Positions 29,133-40,604 of a DNA stretch of 64,000 bases are shown here, in pieces. The stretch comes from an uncultured Desulfurococcales archaeon (GTDB lineage Archaea; Thermoproteota; Thermoprotei_A; EX4484-217-1). Location of the stretch: the NCBI GenBank assembly GCA_964564025.1, contig CAZLZO010000005.1, positions 712 through 64,711 of the forward strand. Reading direction: 5' to 3'. The notes beneath the pieces are model-generated. The model saw nothing but the letters and a program-made list of their open reading frames with translations, did no database searches and had not been told where the DNA came from. A program made the translations under genes and the position numbers. Every line of letters starts with the position of its first letter. Positions within the stretch are counted from its first letter, which is position 1.

Positions 29133-29999
29133 TTGTTGAAACAATCTTTTCCATATCCTCCTCCAAGACGTAAGGCTTACTTAGCTATAGCTATACCTTC
29201 AAGCACAGTTTCTAATGAGCCAACATTACAGCTTAAAACAATAAAAGTAGGTTTTATTGCTAGAGCTGCTTCAATACATAGAGTCGATGAAATTATAGTT
29301 TATAAGGATAAGCCTCATAGTGAAAGCGATGGTGAATTAATTGTCGATATTTTAGAGTATTTGAGGACGCCGCCATATCTTAGAAAACTTGTTGTTCCTC
29401 TTAAACAGAATTTAAAATATGTTGGAATATTGCCTCCGCTGCAAACACCTAATCATCCGCAAACTAAAGCTATAAAACCTGGCGATATTAGGGAAGGTGT
29501 TATTGTAAATGTCAGTAGAGGGAAGGTTCTTGTAGAAATAGGTGTAAATAAGCCAGTAACGGTTAAGTTTAGGAAGGGTCTTAGAAAAGGGGATTTAGTA
29601 ATAGTTAAAATAGTTAAAATTAAACCTAGAATTCTTGGAGAACTCATTTCATTTGAGGAAGTCCCGTTTTACTTTGGATACAACATTTCATATTATGACT
29701 CGCTTTCTGAAGTAATAAGGGAAAAATGGGATTTAAAAATAGCCACATCGAAATATGGTGAGCCTATTAGCTTGAACAAATTAAGGGAGAAATGTGCTAA
29801 AGCCTCCTCTATTCTAATAGCTTTTGGTGCGCCAAAAGAGGGCCTCTGGGATATAGCAGCTAGAGAGGGATTCATTCTTAACGAAGAATTTGATATGGTA
29901 TTAAACACTATACCTTACCAAGGAGTTGAAGTTATTAGAACAGAAGAAGCAATACACGCCACGTTAGAGCTTTTCTCCTTAATAAACAACATTCTATAG
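29133..29999 (+). CDS. Putative SPOUT-class RNA methyltransferase (DUF171/COG2106, C9orf114-like) with an OB-like insert
   Basis: A 288-aa protein. Its N-terminal LAIAIPSS...VGFIARAASIHRVDEIIVY resembles the DUF171 knot region. The central KPGDIREGVIVNV...VKF insert looks like an OB fold. Confidence 0.45.
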   Translation: MLKQSFPYPPPRRKAYLAIAIPSSTVSNEPTLQLKTIKVGFIARAASIHRVDEIIVYKDKPHSESDGELIVDILEYLRTPPYLRKLVVPLKQNLKYVGILPPLQTPNHPQTKAIKPGDIREGVIVNVSRGKVLVEIGVNKPVTVKFRKGLRKGDLVIVKIVKIKPRILGELISFEEVPFYFGYNISYYDSLSEVIREKWDLKIATSKYGEPISLNKLREKCAKASSILIAFGAPKEGLWDIAAREGFILNEEFDMVLNTIPYQGVEVIRTEEAIHATLELFSLINNIL

Positions 30000-30525
30000 T
30001 TGTTTAGGAACTATTCTCACTTTCCACATGTACTTTCTCTGAGAAATATTGGTGAAACCGTAAATGAGTATTCAGATGGGGAAATATGTTAGAATAACTA
30101 TTAGCATTTAATGTTAGAAGAGTGTTCCTCATTATCTTTTCCTATTCAATATTATTGCAAAAGCAGAGCTAGCAATCCCCTATACTATAGCAACAATAAT
30201 GATAGGACTAGGGAAAAATTAAATTGAAGAAGGTTCTTTTACGAAACTTATAGGTTCAACAAAGCTCTTTATCTTTAGCAATCTACTATCTACTATGGGT
30301 TTCCGTATTCAGCATTGGAAGGTTACTTTATGCTGCTATGGTGTTAAATCGTTGTCTTTCTTCTTAAGTGTAATGTTAATGCTATGTAGCATTTGTGATG
30401 CTTTAGATGCGTGCTGAAAAAGATAGGTAATGTGTTCTTTACGTGATTAAGGGTTTGTGGAAGCATAGACCTTATAAACCAGTTTCTACCCATAAATCCA
30501 AGCGACCCTTTTAGGGTGTAGCGGA

Positions 30526-31551
30526 ATGGGTGCAAGAAAAAAGCATGCGCCACGTCGAGGTAGTCTTGGGCTTAGGCCTCGTAAGAGAGCTTCGAGAATA
30601 GTACCTAGGGTTAGGTCTTGGCCTGATCCTGAACTTCCCCAGCCTAGACTATTGGGTTTTGCAGCTTACAAGGCAGGTATGACGCATGTCCTTATGGTTG
30701 ATGACAGGCTGCACACGAGAACTCATGGTCAAGAAATTTTCAAGCCTGTCACAGTTCTTGATGCTCCTCCACTTTATATTTTAGCTATTAGAGCATACTC
30801 CATACATCCCGTGAAAGGACTTTATGCTCTTACTGAGGCTTGGACTACTCCTCCAAAAGAGCTAGAGGTAATAAGGAAGGTCCATCCCTTACCTGAAAAG
30901 CTTAATCCGGAATCTAAACTTAAAATTATTGAGGAAAATTTAGAGAAAATAGTTGATTTAAGAGTTTTAGCTGCAACACAACCTAAGCTTGCAGGAGGTA
31001 TTCCGAAGAAGAAACCGGACATTTTAGAAATAAGGATTGGTGGAGGATCAATAGAGGATAGGTTGAAATATGCTGTAGAAATTCTTGGCAAAGAAGTTCA
31101 CGTAAGAGATGTTTTTGAAGAAGGAATGTTCGTTGACGTAATAGGCGTAACTAAGGGTCATGGATTCCAAGGAGTAATTAAAAGGTTTGGCGTTAAAGAG
31201 CTGCCGAGATGGCACAAGCATAGGAAAGGTAGTAGAAGAATAGGTGCTAGAAGCCCAGGTTTCGGAACAGTAAGTGAAACTCCACAACCAGGTCAAATGG
31301 GGTTCCATAGGAGAACAGAGTACAATAAGAGAATATTGAAAATAGGCGATAATGGATTAGAGGTAACTCCCGCAGGAGGATTTATAAATTACGGAGTAGT
31401 TAAGGGGCCCTACATTTTACTTGAGGGCTCCATAATAGGGCCTAGAAAAAGACTTATAGTACTTAGGTATCCTGTTAGGCCACCACCATATATACCGTCT
31501 CATCCGCCGAAAATAACGTATATTAGTCTTGAAAGTAAGCAAGGTGTTTAA
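30526..31551 (+). CDS. rpl3: 50S ribosomal protein L3
   Basis: A 341-aa protein with the archaeal L3 motif [12 protein letters not shown]. It heads the r-protein cluster. Confidence 0.95.
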   Translation: MGARKKHAPRRGSLGLRPRKRASRIVPRVRSWPDPELPQPRLLGFAAYKAGMTHVLMVDDRLHTRTHGQEIFKPVTVLDAPPLYILAIRAYSIHPVKGLYALTEAWTTPPKELEVIRKVHPLPEKLNPESKLKIIEENLEKIVDLRVLAATQPKLAGGIPKKKPDILEIRIGGGSIEDRLKYAVEILGKEVHVRDVFEEGMFVDVIGVTKGHGFQGVIKRFGVKELPRWHKHRKGSRRIGARSPGFGTVSETPQPGQMGFHRRTEYNKRILKIGDNGLEVTPAGGFINYGVVKGPYILLEGSIIGPRKRLIVLRYPVRPPPYIPSHPPKITYISLESKQGV

Positions 31552-31553
31552 GT

Positions 31554-32381
31554 ATGGTTTATGAAATACTTGTCCCCTTATCTAAACCTTTAGTTGAAAT
31601 TCCTGGCAAGCTAAAGGTTTATGATCTTGAGGGTAAGGAAGCCGCAAAAATAAAAACTCCTCCACTATTCTATGTACCTGTTAGAATAGATTTGATTAGG
31701 AGAGCTTTTCTTTCGGCATTTACTGCTAGACTTCAGCCTAAAGGAAGAGATCTTATGGCTGGTAAGAGAACTTCCGCAGAAAGCTTAGGTGTAGGTTTAG
31801 GATTAGCTAGAATACCTAGGCAAAAAGGAGGTATTCGTGGAAGATTCGTTGTGAGCACTGTAGGTGGTAGGAGAGCTTTTCCTCCAACTCCTGAAAAGAA
31901 AATCCATGAGGAAATAAATAAGAAGGAAAGAAGATTAGCCATAGTGAGTGCATTAGCTGCTACAGCAATAAAATACTACGTTGCAAACAGGGGTCATAGA
32001 GTGGAAAGCGTACCTCAAATACCTATGGTTGTAATTGACGATGTTGTTAAAATAGATAGTACGCAGAAGCTTAAAGAGGCTCTTAAAAAACTTGGCTTAT
32101 GGGATGATGTTGTTAGGGCACAAGAGGGAACTAAGATAAGAGCTGGAAAGGGGAAAATGAGGGGGAGGAGATATAGGACTCCGACAAGCGTACTTTTTGT
32201 TGTCCACGAAAAAGAACCACTAATAAAAGCTGCTAGAAATCTTCCTGGAGTCACCGTTGTTGAAGCAAGATATCTAAGTGTTCTTCATTTAGCCCCTGGC
32301 GGTGTTCCTGGAAGGTTAACCGTGTATACTCCTAAAGCTTTAGAGGAATTAAGTGAAAGGTTTAAGGTGAATATGTTATGA
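31554..32381 (+). CDS. rpl4: 50S ribosomal protein L4
   Basis: A 275-aa protein, by cluster position and Gly/Arg-rich L4 motifs. Confidence 0.9.
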   Translation: MVYEILVPLSKPLVEIPGKLKVYDLEGKEAAKIKTPPLFYVPVRIDLIRRAFLSAFTARLQPKGRDLMAGKRTSAESLGVGLGLARIPRQKGGIRGRFVVSTVGGRRAFPPTPEKKIHEEINKKERRLAIVSALAATAIKYYVANRGHRVESVPQIPMVVIDDVVKIDSTQKLKEALKKLGLWDDVVRAQEGTKIRAGKGKMRGRRYRTPTSVLFVVHEKEPLIKAARNLPGVTVVEARYLSVLHLAPGGVPGRLTVYTPKALEELSERFKVNML

Positions 32382-32641
32382 GCGAATTAACCACAATACT
32401 TCTGAGACCCGTAAGTACGGAGAAGGCGCTGTTAAAAATAGAGAGAGAAAACACTATAGTCTTTATTGTAGATAGGAAGGCAACCAAACACCAGATAAAG
32501 CAGGCTTTTGAAAAACTCTTCGAAGTAAAAGTTGCTAAAGTAAACACTCATATTACACCTAGAGGAGATAAAGTAGCTTACATAAAGTTAAAGCCTGAAT
32601 ATAGTGCTAGCGAAGTAGCAACAAGACTTGGAATACTTTAG
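32378..32641 (+). CDS. rpl23: 50S ribosomal protein L23
   Basis: An 87-aa protein with PVSTEKA...[33 protein letters not shown]. Confidence 0.9.
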   Translation: MSELTTILLRPVSTEKALLKIERENTIVFIVDRKATKHQIKQAFEKLFEVKVAKVNTHITPRGDKVAYIKLKPEYSASEVATRLGIL

Positions 32642-32761
32642 CATTTTACTTCAGCAATTAAATATAGGCTTTATAGAGAAGGCTTTTAAGGCGCAAAATA
32701 TTAAAAATCATGAAGACTAAACATGGTATCTCACGAATACTCCATCCACTGTCTCCCTTAA

Positions 32762-33064
32762 ATGTGTTGTAAGGGGGGATGGTGGATGGAGAAGTTAAGA
32801 AACGTTTTTCTATCTAAAATAGTTTCTGTTCTTAGAGCAATTCATGGTAGTAGGGTTCCAATAGAAATAGTGAGTGTAAGTGTTGAGAAAAGAGACAATG
32901 GAGAATATATTGTTAAAGGCGAGTATAGACTCATTGTCTCCCGTAAAAGGAGAGGGTTTGTTGCTGTTTTGGCTGAAAATGGTGAGTTAAAAGCTTTGGA
33001 AAGGTTAGAGAGAATTTCTTGGAAGCATCCTACTTTTGAAAAAGCATCATTACTTCCAACGTAA
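32762..33064 (+). CDS. Hypothetical protein (92-100 aa), sitting where rpl2-rps19 would normally be
   Basis: ORF track only. Its likely start is the internal Met (MEKLRNV...). I see no recognisable r-protein motifs. Confidence 0.4.
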   Translation: MCCKGGWWMEKLRNVFLSKIVSVLRAIHGSRVPIEIVSVSVEKRDNGEYIVKGEYRLIVSRKRRGFVAVLAENGELKALERLERISWKHPTFEKASLLPT

Positions 33065-33180
33065 GCTCTCTTTTTCCTCCTTTATTCTCATATGCGAAGG
33101 TTTGATTAAGATTTTTTTACCTCTACTTACGTAAAGAACCAAGCGATAACTAGAATAGTAAAGTGCGGGGCGTAAGCAGA

Positions 33181-33648
33181 ATGCCTTCATGGGGGTATTC
33201 AGTGAAGAATCTTGACCCTGAAAAAACGGCTTTAGCTAGTGGTAGGGACTTACCTATTTCACTTAAGGAAGCTCGTGAAATATGTAAGGTAATTAAAGGT
33301 ATGAAGCTTAGTAAAGCTAAGGAACTTCTTAAGGCAGTTATTGAGAAGAAGCAGCCAATACCTTACCGTAGATACCATGGTAAAGTAGCTCATCATAGGG
33401 GTTTGGAAAGGTGGAAGTGGCCTGCTGGAAGATACCCTGTTAAAGCAGCTAAGGAAATACTTAAGGTACTTGAGAATGCTGAAAACAACGCTGTAAATAA
33501 GGGATTAGATGCTGAAAGACTTAAAATAATACATGCAGCTGCTCAAAAAGGACCTGTTCTTAAAAAGTATACTCCACGTGCTTTTGGAAGAGCTACTCCT
33601 TGGTTTAGAAAATACACTCATGTTGAAATAGCTGTAGCTGAGGTTTAA
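33181..33648 (+). CDS. rpl22: 50S ribosomal protein L22
   Basis: [35 protein letters not shown] is the canonical archaeal L22 N-terminus. The start is trimmed from the ORF-track value. Confidence 0.9.
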   Translation: MPSWGYSVKNLDPEKTALASGRDLPISLKEAREICKVIKGMKLSKAKELLKAVIEKKQPIPYRRYHGKVAHHRGLERWKWPAGRYPVKAAKEILKVLENAENNAVNKGLDAERLKIIHAAAQKGPVLKKYTPRAFGRATPWFRKYTHVEIAVAEV

Positions 33649-33652
33649 AACC

Positions 33653-34288
33653 ATGGTTAATGTGAAAAAGCTTTTCGTTCAAAAAGGAATTATTAAGGCG
33701 AAAATAGACGAGTACTTAGCTAAAGAGTTTTACAGAGCAGGATATGCTGCTGTAGACATTCTCAAAACACCTCTGGGCACTAGAATAGTAATTTATGCTG
33801 AAAGACCAGCAATAATTATTGGCAGAAGAGGGTCCATGATTAGGCAGCTTGCACAAATATTTGAGAAAAGATTTGGTTTAGAAAATCCGCAAATAACCGT
33901 TACAACAGTTGAGAACCCGTATTTATCAGCTAGAATTGTTGCTTTCAGACTTGCCGTTGCTCTTGAAAGAGGATTTCACTTTAGAAGAGCTGCTTTCATA
34001 GCGTTACGTAGGATAATGGAAGCTGGAGCGTTAGGGGCGGAAATAGTTATTAGCGGCAAGTTAACAAGTGAAAGAGCGCGTTACGAAAAGTATCGTGCAG
34101 GGAGAATATATAAGACTGGTGAGCAAGCGGCAATAATGGTTGAAAGAGCTGTTGCCCATGCTCTACTTAAACCAGGCGTTTACGGTATTGAGGTAAGAAT
34201 AGTTAAACCTATGAAGCCCATGGATCATATTGAAATAAAAGCTCCTGAAGAATTGGCTAAGAAAGCTGAAGAGCAAACGGCAGGTTAA
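33653..34288 (+). CDS. rps3: 30S ribosomal protein S3
   Basis: A 211-aa protein with a KH domain, in cluster position. Confidence 0.9.
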   Translation: MVNVKKLFVQKGIIKAKIDEYLAKEFYRAGYAAVDILKTPLGTRIVIYAERPAIIIGRRGSMIRQLAQIFEKRFGLENPQITVTTVENPYLSARIVAFRLAVALERGFHFRRAAFIALRRIMEAGALGAEIVISGKLTSERARYEKYRAGRIYKTGEQAAIMVERAVAHALLKPGVYGIEVRIVKPMKPMDHIEIKAPEELAKKAEEQTAG

Positions 34289-34303
34289 AGTGGGTGATTT
34301 ACT

Positions 34304-34522
34304 ATGTCACTTAAAGCCCGCGAAATAAGGGCTATGAGTAGGGAGGAAAGAGAGAAGAAATTAAGAGAACTCCGACTTGAACTTATGAAGCTAAGAATGC
34401 AAGCTCAACTAGGCACTTTAGAAAACCCTGGAAGAATAAGGGCTATTAGGAAAACTATTGCCCGCATATTGACAATAAATAGGGAGGAAGAGCTTAAGGA
34501 AAAAAGGAGGAAAGGTAAGTAA
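34304..34522 (+). CDS. rpl29: 50S ribosomal protein L29
   Basis: A 72-aa helical protein ([14 protein letters not shown]), in cluster position. Confidence 0.85.
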   Translation: MSLKAREIRAMSREEREKKLRELRLELMKLRMQAQLGTLENPGRIRAIRKTIARILTINREEELKEKRRKGK

Positions 34523-34538
34523 TTAAGGTGCTCACATA

Positions 34539-34823
34539 TTGAAGCACACTCCTCGAAACATTATTAACCATGAGCTAATAGGTTTGGAAGCCGAAGTAGT
34601 AGAGTCTTTAGCTGAAGGCTATGTTGGATTAAAAGGTAAGGTTGTTGATGAAACGTATAACATGCTTATTTTAGAAACACCTTTTGGTGAGAAGAAAGTT
34701 CTTAAATCTGTATCTAAATTTTTATTCACGCTTCCCGATAGGAGAAAGGTCATGGTTGAAGGCTCTCTCTTAGTTGGAAGGCCTGAGGAAAGGCTGAAAA
34801 AGAGAATTAGAGGTAGATGGTGA
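34539..34823 (+). CDS. rnp1: RNase P protein component 1 (Rpp29/Pop4)
   Basis: A 94-aa protein with ELIGLEAEVVES...GKVVDETYNMLIL...GRPEERL. It occupies the conserved archaeal position between rpl29 and rps17. Confidence 0.8.
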   Translation: MKHTPRNIINHELIGLEAEVVESLAEGYVGLKGKVVDETYNMLILETPFGEKKVLKSVSKFLFTLPDRRKVMVEGSLLVGRPEERLKKRIRGRW

Positions 34824-34826
34824 AAT

Positions 34827-35171
34827 ATGCCTGGGAGAAACATAGGATTACCTGGAGTAGAGCCTCCTGAGAAAGAATGTAGCGATCCGAACTGTCCGTT
34901 CCACGGTACATTATCTGTAAGGGGAATTGTTCTTGAAGGAGTAGTTGTTTCAGATAAAATGGATAAAACCGTTGTTGTTGAAAGAGAGTACTTACATTAT
35001 GTAAGGAAGTTTAGAAGGTATGAGAGACGTAGAAGCAAAATTCATGCTCACAATCCTCCCTGCATTAATGCTAAAAAGGGAGATAGAGTATTAATAGCTG
35101 AAACAAGACCTATATCTAAGACTGTTTCGTTCGTAGTAGTAAAAATATTGAAAAAAGCTATTGAGAGGTAA
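34827..35171 (+). CDS. rps17: 30S ribosomal protein S17
   Basis: A 114-aa protein, by cluster position and S17 OB-fold motifs. Confidence 0.88.
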   Translation: MPGRNIGLPGVEPPEKECSDPNCPFHGTLSVRGIVLEGVVVSDKMDKTVVVEREYLHYVRKFRRYERRRSKIHAHNPPCINAKKGDRVLIAETRPISKTVSFVVVKILKKAIER

Positions 35172-35177
35172 TAGGCC

Positions 35178-35606
35178 ATGGTTAAACGTTTAAGGAAAGC
35201 AGGTGGTGGAGAAACAACACGTAGAGGAATATCTGCGGGAATACAAGTAGGTACAAGACTTATTGTAGCTGACAATAGTGGGGCAAGAGAAATACTTGTC
35301 ATAGGGGTTCCAGGCTATAAAACGAGACTTAGAAGATTACCTAAAGCTTCTGTAGGGGATGTTGTTGTTGCTTCAGTTAAGAAGGGAACACCAGATATGA
35401 GAAAGCAAATAGTTAGAGCTGTAATAATAAGGCAGAGAATGCCTTATCGTAGACCTGATGGAACAAGAGTGGTTTTCGAAGATAACGCAGCAGTAATAGT
35501 TACTCCTGAGGGGATACCAAAGGGTTCGGAAATAAGAGGGCCTGTAGCTAAGGAAGCAGCTGAGAGATGGCCGAAAATAGCCGAGTTAGCGACAATAATA
35601 GTTTAA
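35178..35606 (+). CDS. rpl14: 50S ribosomal protein L14
   Basis: A 142-aa protein with [17 protein letters not shown]. Confidence 0.92.
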   Translation: MVKRLRKAGGGETTRRGISAGIQVGTRLIVADNSGAREILVIGVPGYKTRLRRLPKASVGDVVVASVKKGTPDMRKQIVRAVIIRQRMPYRRPDGTRVVFEDNAAVIVTPEGIPKGSEIRGPVAKEAAERWPKIAELATIIV

Positions 35607-35624
35607 GTTATAAGGTGTTAAATT

Positions 35625-36023
35625 ATGGGCTTAACAAGTTCAAAGCATCCAAAAAAGCAGAGAAAAAGCTTCTTTAACGCACCTTTACATTTAAGACGTA
35701 AATTCTTTAATGCTCCTCTTTCAGAAGAGCTTCAGGAAAAACATGGTGTAAAAAGGCTTCCTGTTCGTAAAGGAGACACTGTAAGAATAGTTAGGGGAAA
35801 CTGGAGAGGTCATGAAGGGAAAGTTGTCAGAGTAGATTATAAGAGAGTAAGAATTTACATTGAAGGGGTAACCATTAAGAGAGCTGATGGTACACAGCGC
35901 TTTTACCCTATACACCCATCAAAAGTTGTTATAACTAAACTTGACCTATCAGATAATTACAGGAAAAGAATTATTGAAAGAAGAAAAGTTGAAATAAAAG
36001 CTTCTTCTGAAGAAGCTGAGTAA
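35625..36023 (+). CDS. rpl24: 50S ribosomal protein L24
   Basis: A 132-aa protein with a KOW motif ([22 protein letters not shown]). Its N-terminus carries a short tandem duplication, [17 protein letters not shown]. Confidence 0.88.
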   Translation: MGLTSSKHPKKQRKSFFNAPLHLRRKFFNAPLSEELQEKHGVKRLPVRKGDTVRIVRGNWRGHEGKVVRVDYKRVRIYIEGVTIKRADGTQRFYPIHPSKVVITKLDLSDNYRKRIIERRKVEIKASSEEAE

Positions 36024-36028
36024 AGCAG

Positions 36029-36799
36029 GTGGTATATGAAATGGGTAAAATGGGTGGTAGGAGGCATTTAACAAGGTTCGCAGCACCAGCTTTTTGGCCC
36101 ATACTTAGGAAGGAGTATCATTGGGTAGTTAAGCCTAGTCCAGGTCCTCATCCTTTAGGGAGAAGCTTACCTTTACTCATAATTGTAAGGGAAATTTTGG
36201 GCTTAGCTAAAACGAGTAGGGAAGCGAGAAAAATAATTGCTGAAGGGCACATTAAAGTTGATGGGAGAGTTAGAAGGAATTATAAATATCCCGTAGGGTT
36301 AATGGATGTTCTCGAAATTCCCAAGTTAAATAAGCACTTTAGAGTTATACCTTATCCTGTAAAGTTCTTTAAGCTTCACGAAATAAGTAAGGAGGAAGCT
36401 TCATACAAGCTTGTGAGGATAGAGAATAAAACAACAGTTAAAGGAGGACATATTCAACTAAATTTGCATGATAGTAGAAATATTCTCGTGAAAGTTTCTG
36501 ACCCAACAAATCCTGAGGAGGATGTTTATGAAACATTTGATACCTTAAAAATAACTGTTTCTAATCAAGAAATTATTGGACATTATAAGTTTGAGGAAGG
36601 TGCAATAGCAATAATTATTGATGGTAGAAACGTTGGAAGAGTAGGTAGGATAGTGGAAATAACTAAAATGATGAAAAAGAGGATGAACATTGTAACATTA
36701 GAAGATAAGGATGGTAATAAATTCCAAACAATACAAGACTATATCTTCGTTATAGGGAAGGATAATCCCGAAATAAGCCTCCCTGAAGGTGCTTGGTGA
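36029..36799 (+). CDS. rps4e: 30S ribosomal protein S4e
   Basis: A 256-aa protein in cluster position, with S4/KOW-like regions. Confidence 0.88.
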   Translation: MVYEMGKMGGRRHLTRFAAPAFWPILRKEYHWVVKPSPGPHPLGRSLPLLIIVREILGLAKTSREARKIIAEGHIKVDGRVRRNYKYPVGLMDVLEIPKLNKHFRVIPYPVKFFKLHEISKEEASYKLVRIENKTTVKGGHIQLNLHDSRNILVKVSDPTNPEEDVYETFDTLKITVSNQEIIGHYKFEEGAIAIIIDGRNVGRVGRIVEITKMMKKRMNIVTLEDKDGNKFQTIQDYIFVIGKDNPEISLPEGAW

Positions 36800-37344
36800 T
36801 GTCTACTGTTCAAATGAATTATGAAGACTTATGGAAGAAAAATCCTATGTTAAAGCCTAAAATAGCAAAGGTAACTGTGAATATAGGTGTTGGTGAAAGC
36901 GGTGAGAGACTAAGAAAAGCTATGAAAGTGTTAGAAATGCTTACAGGTCAGAAGCCTATTCCTAGAAGAGCTAAGAGAACAATAAAAGAGTTTGGTATTC
37001 ATAGAGGAGAAAACATAGCCGTCATGGTTACTTTAAGAGGACAGAAAGCAATAGAGTTTTTACGTAAAGCTTTAGAAGCTGTAGGTTGGAGGCTTAAAGC
37101 TTCCAGTTTCGATAGTTTCGGAAATTTTGCCTTTGGAATAAAGGAGCATATTTCAATACCTGGAGTTAAATATGATCCTGAAATAGGAATTTTCGGAATG
37201 GATGTTTGCGTAACTATAGAGAGACCAGGTTTTCGTGTAATGCGTAGGAAGAGAGCACGTTCCAGTGTTCCTTTAAGACATAGGGTAAGAAGGGAGGAAG
37301 CAATGGAGTTTATGATTAAAGAATTTGGGGTAACAATAGTTTAA
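36793..37344 (+). CDS. rpl5: 50S ribosomal protein L5
   Basis: A 183-aa protein, in cluster position. Confidence 0.9.
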   Translation: MVMSTVQMNYEDLWKKNPMLKPKIAKVTVNIGVGESGERLRKAMKVLEMLTGQKPIPRRAKRTIKEFGIHRGENIAVMVTLRGQKAIEFLRKALEAVGWRLKASSFDSFGNFAFGIKEHISIPGVKYDPEIGIFGMDVCVTIERPGFRVMRRKRARSSVPLRHRVRREEAMEFMIKEFGVTIV

Positions 37345-37356
37345 GGGTGATGATTA

Positions 37357-37521
37357 ATGGGTAAATTTAGGCTACCTGTTCAAAGAAAATACGGGAAAGG
37401 TTCTCGAGTGTGTATTAGATGCGGATCCCATGGACCTCTCATAAGAAGATATGGCCTTTACCTTTGTAGGCAATGCTTCAGAGAAGTAGCTTCTACATTA
37501 GGATTTAAAAAGTACAATTAA
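37357..37521 (+). CDS. rps14: 30S ribosomal protein S14 (type Z, zinc-binding)
   Basis: A 54-aa ORF below the ORF-track size cutoff. Its sequence is [54 protein letters not shown], with C-x2-C...C-x2-C. Confidence 0.85.
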   Translation: MGKFRLPVQRKYGKGSRVCIRCGSHGPLIRRYGLYLCRQCFREVASTLGFKKYN

Positions 37522-37535
37522 GGAGTGGATAGTTT

Positions 37536-37937
37536 ATGGTTATGCTTGATACATTAGCTAACGCGTTAGCAACAATATGGAATAATGAAGTTAGAGGCAA
37601 GAAGGAAGCTGTAATAATGCCTGCTTCCAAACTCATAGCTAATGTACTAAGGGTTTTTCAGAAAGAAGGCTACATTGGAGAATTTGAATACATAGATGAC
37701 GGTAGATGGGGTAAAATAAAAGTTCAACTTCTTGGAAGAATAAATAAATGTGGTGTAATAAAGCCTAGAGTTCCCGTAAAATACGTTGACCTACTACATA
37801 TGCCTGAATGGCTTAGAAAATATCTTCCATCAAGAGAAATGGGCATAATAGTGCTCTCAACACCTCAAGGAGTAATGTCTCATAAAGAAGCATTAGTTAA
37901 GAAAATAGGGGGTATTGTTTTAGCATACGTGTATTAA
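37536..37937 (+). CDS. rps8: 30S ribosomal protein S8
   Basis: A 133-aa protein. The N-terminus [14 protein letters not shown] is typical of S8. Confidence 0.92.
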   Translation: MVMLDTLANALATIWNNEVRGKKEAVIMPASKLIANVLRVFQKEGYIGEFEYIDDGRWGKIKVQLLGRINKCGVIKPRVPVKYVDLLHMPEWLRKYLPSREMGIIVLSTPQGVMSHKEALVKKIGGIVLAYVY

Positions 37938-37947
37938 AGGGGGGTTA

Positions 37948-38508
37948 ATGATATTGGCGAAACTAATACATTACTACGAAGAGGTAGAAGTTCCTGAAAA
38001 TGTGAATGTAGAAATAAGTGATATGAAAGTTAAAGTTAGTGGTCCAAAGGGAATTCTTGAACGTGACTTTTCACATGCCCGACATGTGATAATTAGGAAA
38101 GATGATAATAAAATAGTTGTTGAAACTTTCTTCGCTAATAGGAAGAGAAAAGCACTTGTAGGTTCAATAGCTGCCCATATTAGAAATATGATTACGGGTG
38201 TAACTAAGGGTTATAGGTATAAACTTAAAATAATATACTCTCACTTCCCAATTTCAGTTAAGGTTCAAGGCAAAAAGATAATTATTGAAAACTATCTTGG
38301 GGAAAAAGCTCCCCGCTACGCGGAAATTTTCGGAGATGACGTAACAGTAAGGGTTGAAGGCGAAGACGTGATTGTAGAAGGAATAAACATTGAACATGTT
38401 GGGCAAACAGCAGCTAATATTGAGAAAGCAGCTAGAATTAAAGACTATGATCCAAGAGTTTTCATGGACGGCATATATATTTATGAAAAGGGAACTATGG
38501 AGGAATAA
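37948..38508 (+). CDS. rpl6: 50S ribosomal protein L6
   Basis: A 186-aa protein, in cluster position. Confidence 0.9.
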   Translation: MILAKLIHYYEEVEVPENVNVEISDMKVKVSGPKGILERDFSHARHVIIRKDDNKIVVETFFANRKRKALVGSIAAHIRNMITGVTKGYRYKLKIIYSHFPISVKVQGKKIIIENYLGEKAPRYAEIFGDDVTVRVEGEDVIVEGINIEHVGQTAANIEKAARIKDYDPRVFMDGIYIYEKGTMEE

Positions 38509-38511
38509 GGC

Positions 38512-38901
38512 ATGAAGGAAACCATTAAAAGACTTCTAAGACTTAGAAACATTATGAATAAGAGGAGGCCGAAATTTCTACGTACTCTTTGGTGGAAATT
38601 TGCTAAATTTGACGAAGTTTGGAGGAGACCTAGAGGGATAGATAATAAGATCAGACATAAGCTTAAAGGATATCCGCCAATGCCTTCTTCAGGATATAGG
38701 GGACCAAAACTCGTAAGGGGGCTTCATCCAACAGGAAGAGAAATCATTATCGTACATAATATTTCAGATCTGGAAAAAGTTGATAAGGAGAGACACATAG
38801 TCTACATAGCTAGCACAGTAGGTAGAAGAAAAAGGCTCGAAATACTTAAGAAAGCTTCCGAACTCGGAATCAAAGTCGCTAATGCGGGGAGGGCTGAATA
38901 A
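38512..38901 (+). CDS. rpl32e: 50S ribosomal protein L32e
   Basis: A 129-aa protein, in cluster position. Confidence 0.85.
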   Translation: MKETIKRLLRLRNIMNKRRPKFLRTLWWKFAKFDEVWRRPRGIDNKIRHKLKGYPPMPSSGYRGPKLVRGLHPTGREIIIVHNISDLEKVDKERHIVYIASTVGRRKRLEILKKASELGIKVANAGRAE

Positions 38902-39350
38902 TGGATTTAAGCTTACAGAAAAGACTTGCAGCAGAAATTCTCGGTGTAGGAGAAAGTAGAATATGGATTGACCCGGAAGCTTACGATAGAGTAGAAGCCG
39001 CAATAACCAGGGAGGATGTGAGAAAGCTAATCAAAGATGGCATAATAAGAGTTAAGCCTGAGCATTCAAACAGCAGGGCTCGATGGAGAGAGAGGCATGA
39101 AAAAAGAAAGAAAGGACAGAGAAGAGGACCTGGACATAGGAAAGGAGGTAAATACTCTAAAGTTTCAAGAAAAGAACAGTGGATGATGAGAGTTAGGGCT
39201 TTGAGAAAATTACTTAAAGAGTATAGGGAAAGAAACGTTATTACACCTAAAGAGTATCGTAGACTTTATATGCTAATTAAGGGAGGAGTTTTCAAAACAA
39301 AAGCCCAATTAAAGCATTACATTAAGGAACTCGTTGCAGGGAGGTCTTAG
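38901..39350 (+). CDS. rpl19e: 50S ribosomal protein L19e
   Basis: A 149-aa protein with [26 protein letters not shown]. Confidence 0.88.
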   Translation: MDLSLQKRLAAEILGVGESRIWIDPEAYDRVEAAITREDVRKLIKDGIIRVKPEHSNSRARWRERHEKRKKGQRRGPGHRKGGKYSKVSRKEQWMMRVRALRKLLKEYRERNVITPKEYRRLYMLIKGGVFKTKAQLKHYIKELVAGRS

Positions 39351-39352
39351 AA

Positions 39353-39955
39353 ATGGCTAGAGGCCCTAGGTATAAGGTGAAGTATAGGAGGAGAAGAGAG
39401 GGGAAAACAAATTACTACAAGAGATACCGCATGGTTCTCTCTAAAAAACTAAGATTAGTAGCTAGGAAGACTTTAAGATACATTATTGCTCAAATAATCA
39501 AGTTTGATCCTAAGGGAGACATCGTACTTACATCAGCACATAGTGTAGAGCTTAAAAAGAAGTATGGTTGGAAAGCTGCAACAGACAATACGCCAGCAGC
39601 ATATTTAACAGGTTTACTTGTAGGGTTAAGAGCTAAATCCAAAGGTATTGAAGAAGCCATTTTAGACATAGGCCTTCATCGAGCTGTTAAGGGGGCCCGT
39701 GTTTTCGCTGTCCTCAAAGGAGCTTTAGATGCTGGTTTAAAAACACCTCATAGCCCAGAAATACTGCCTTCAGAAGATAGGATTAAGGGTAAACATATAG
39801 CTTCATGGGCTAAAACGCTTTCTGAATCAAATCCTGAATTTTATCAGAAACTCTTTTCACAGTACCTTAAAAATGGACTTAAACCTGAAGACTTACCTAA
39901 GCATTTTGAAGAGGTAAAAGCTAAAATTATTCAAGACTACTCTAAGCAGAGGTAA
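39353..39955 (+). CDS. rpl18: 50S ribosomal protein L18 (L5e)
   Basis: A 200-aa protein, in cluster position. Confidence 0.88.
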   Translation: MARGPRYKVKYRRRREGKTNYYKRYRMVLSKKLRLVARKTLRYIIAQIIKFDPKGDIVLTSAHSVELKKKYGWKAATDNTPAAYLTGLLVGLRAKSKGIEEAILDIGLHRAVKGARVFAVLKGALDAGLKTPHSPEILPSEDRIKGKHIASWAKTLSESNPEFYQKLFSQYLKNGLKPEDLPKHFEEVKAKIIQDYSKQR

Positions 39956-39961
39956 CTCGTT

Positions 39962-40603
39962 ATGAGTAGCTACGGTCAAGTACCAAGCTTGGAGGAATGG
40001 CAGCCTAGAACTAAAGTTGGCAGGTTAGTTAAAGAGGGAAAAATAGTTTCAATAGATGAGATTTTTGAGCAAAACCTTAGAATAACTGAGCCTGAAATAA
40101 TTGATTACTTGTTGCCTGATTTACAGCATGAAGTAATAGATATAGGTATTGTTCAGAAACAAACAGATGCAGGAGAAATTTCAAGATTTAAAGCTGTCGT
40201 TGTAATAGGTAACATGAACGGCTATGTAGGTATTGGTTCTGGAAAAGCTAGACAACTTAGATTTGCTATTCAAAAAGCTCTGCTTAATGCTAAACTAAAC
40301 ATAATACCTGTTAAAAGGGGATGTGGAAGTTGGGAATGCAGATGCGGTGAGCCGCACTCGGTACCTTTTGTGGTTCGAGGTAAAAGCGGCAGCGTAGAGG
40401 TTATTTTAAAACCCGCTCCTAAAGGAACAGGTCTTGTAATAGGGGATACAGGGAAGAAGGTTCTAAAATATGCTGGAATAAGGGATATTTGGTCGTTTTC
40501 AAAAGGTGAAACCAGGACCACATATAATTTTGCTATGGCAGTTTATAATGCGTTGAAAATGACATATAGAATAATCACTCCTGAAGATTGGCTAAGAGGG
40601 TAA
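39962..40603 (+). CDS. rps5: 30S ribosomal protein S5
   Basis: A 213-aa protein, in cluster position. Confidence 0.9.
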   Translation: MSSYGQVPSLEEWQPRTKVGRLVKEGKIVSIDEIFEQNLRITEPEIIDYLLPDLQHEVIDIGIVQKQTDAGEISRFKAVVVIGNMNGYVGIGSGKARQLRFAIQKALLNAKLNIIPVKRGCGSWECRCGEPHSVPFVVRGKSGSVEVILKPAPKGTGLVIGDTGKKVLKYAGIRDIWSFSKGETRTTYNFAMAVYNALKMTYRIITPEDWLRG

Positions 40604-40604
40604 T

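Noticed and set aside
30393-30450. A C/D-box sRNA-like arrangement (GTGATGC - 12 nt - CTGA, then TGATTA) in the 520-bp spacer upstream of rpl3. A similar TTGATGA was noted at 47990.
   Set aside because: Only one box pair has convincing spacing. There is no terminal stem or second D box, so the evidence is insufficient to call an sRNA.
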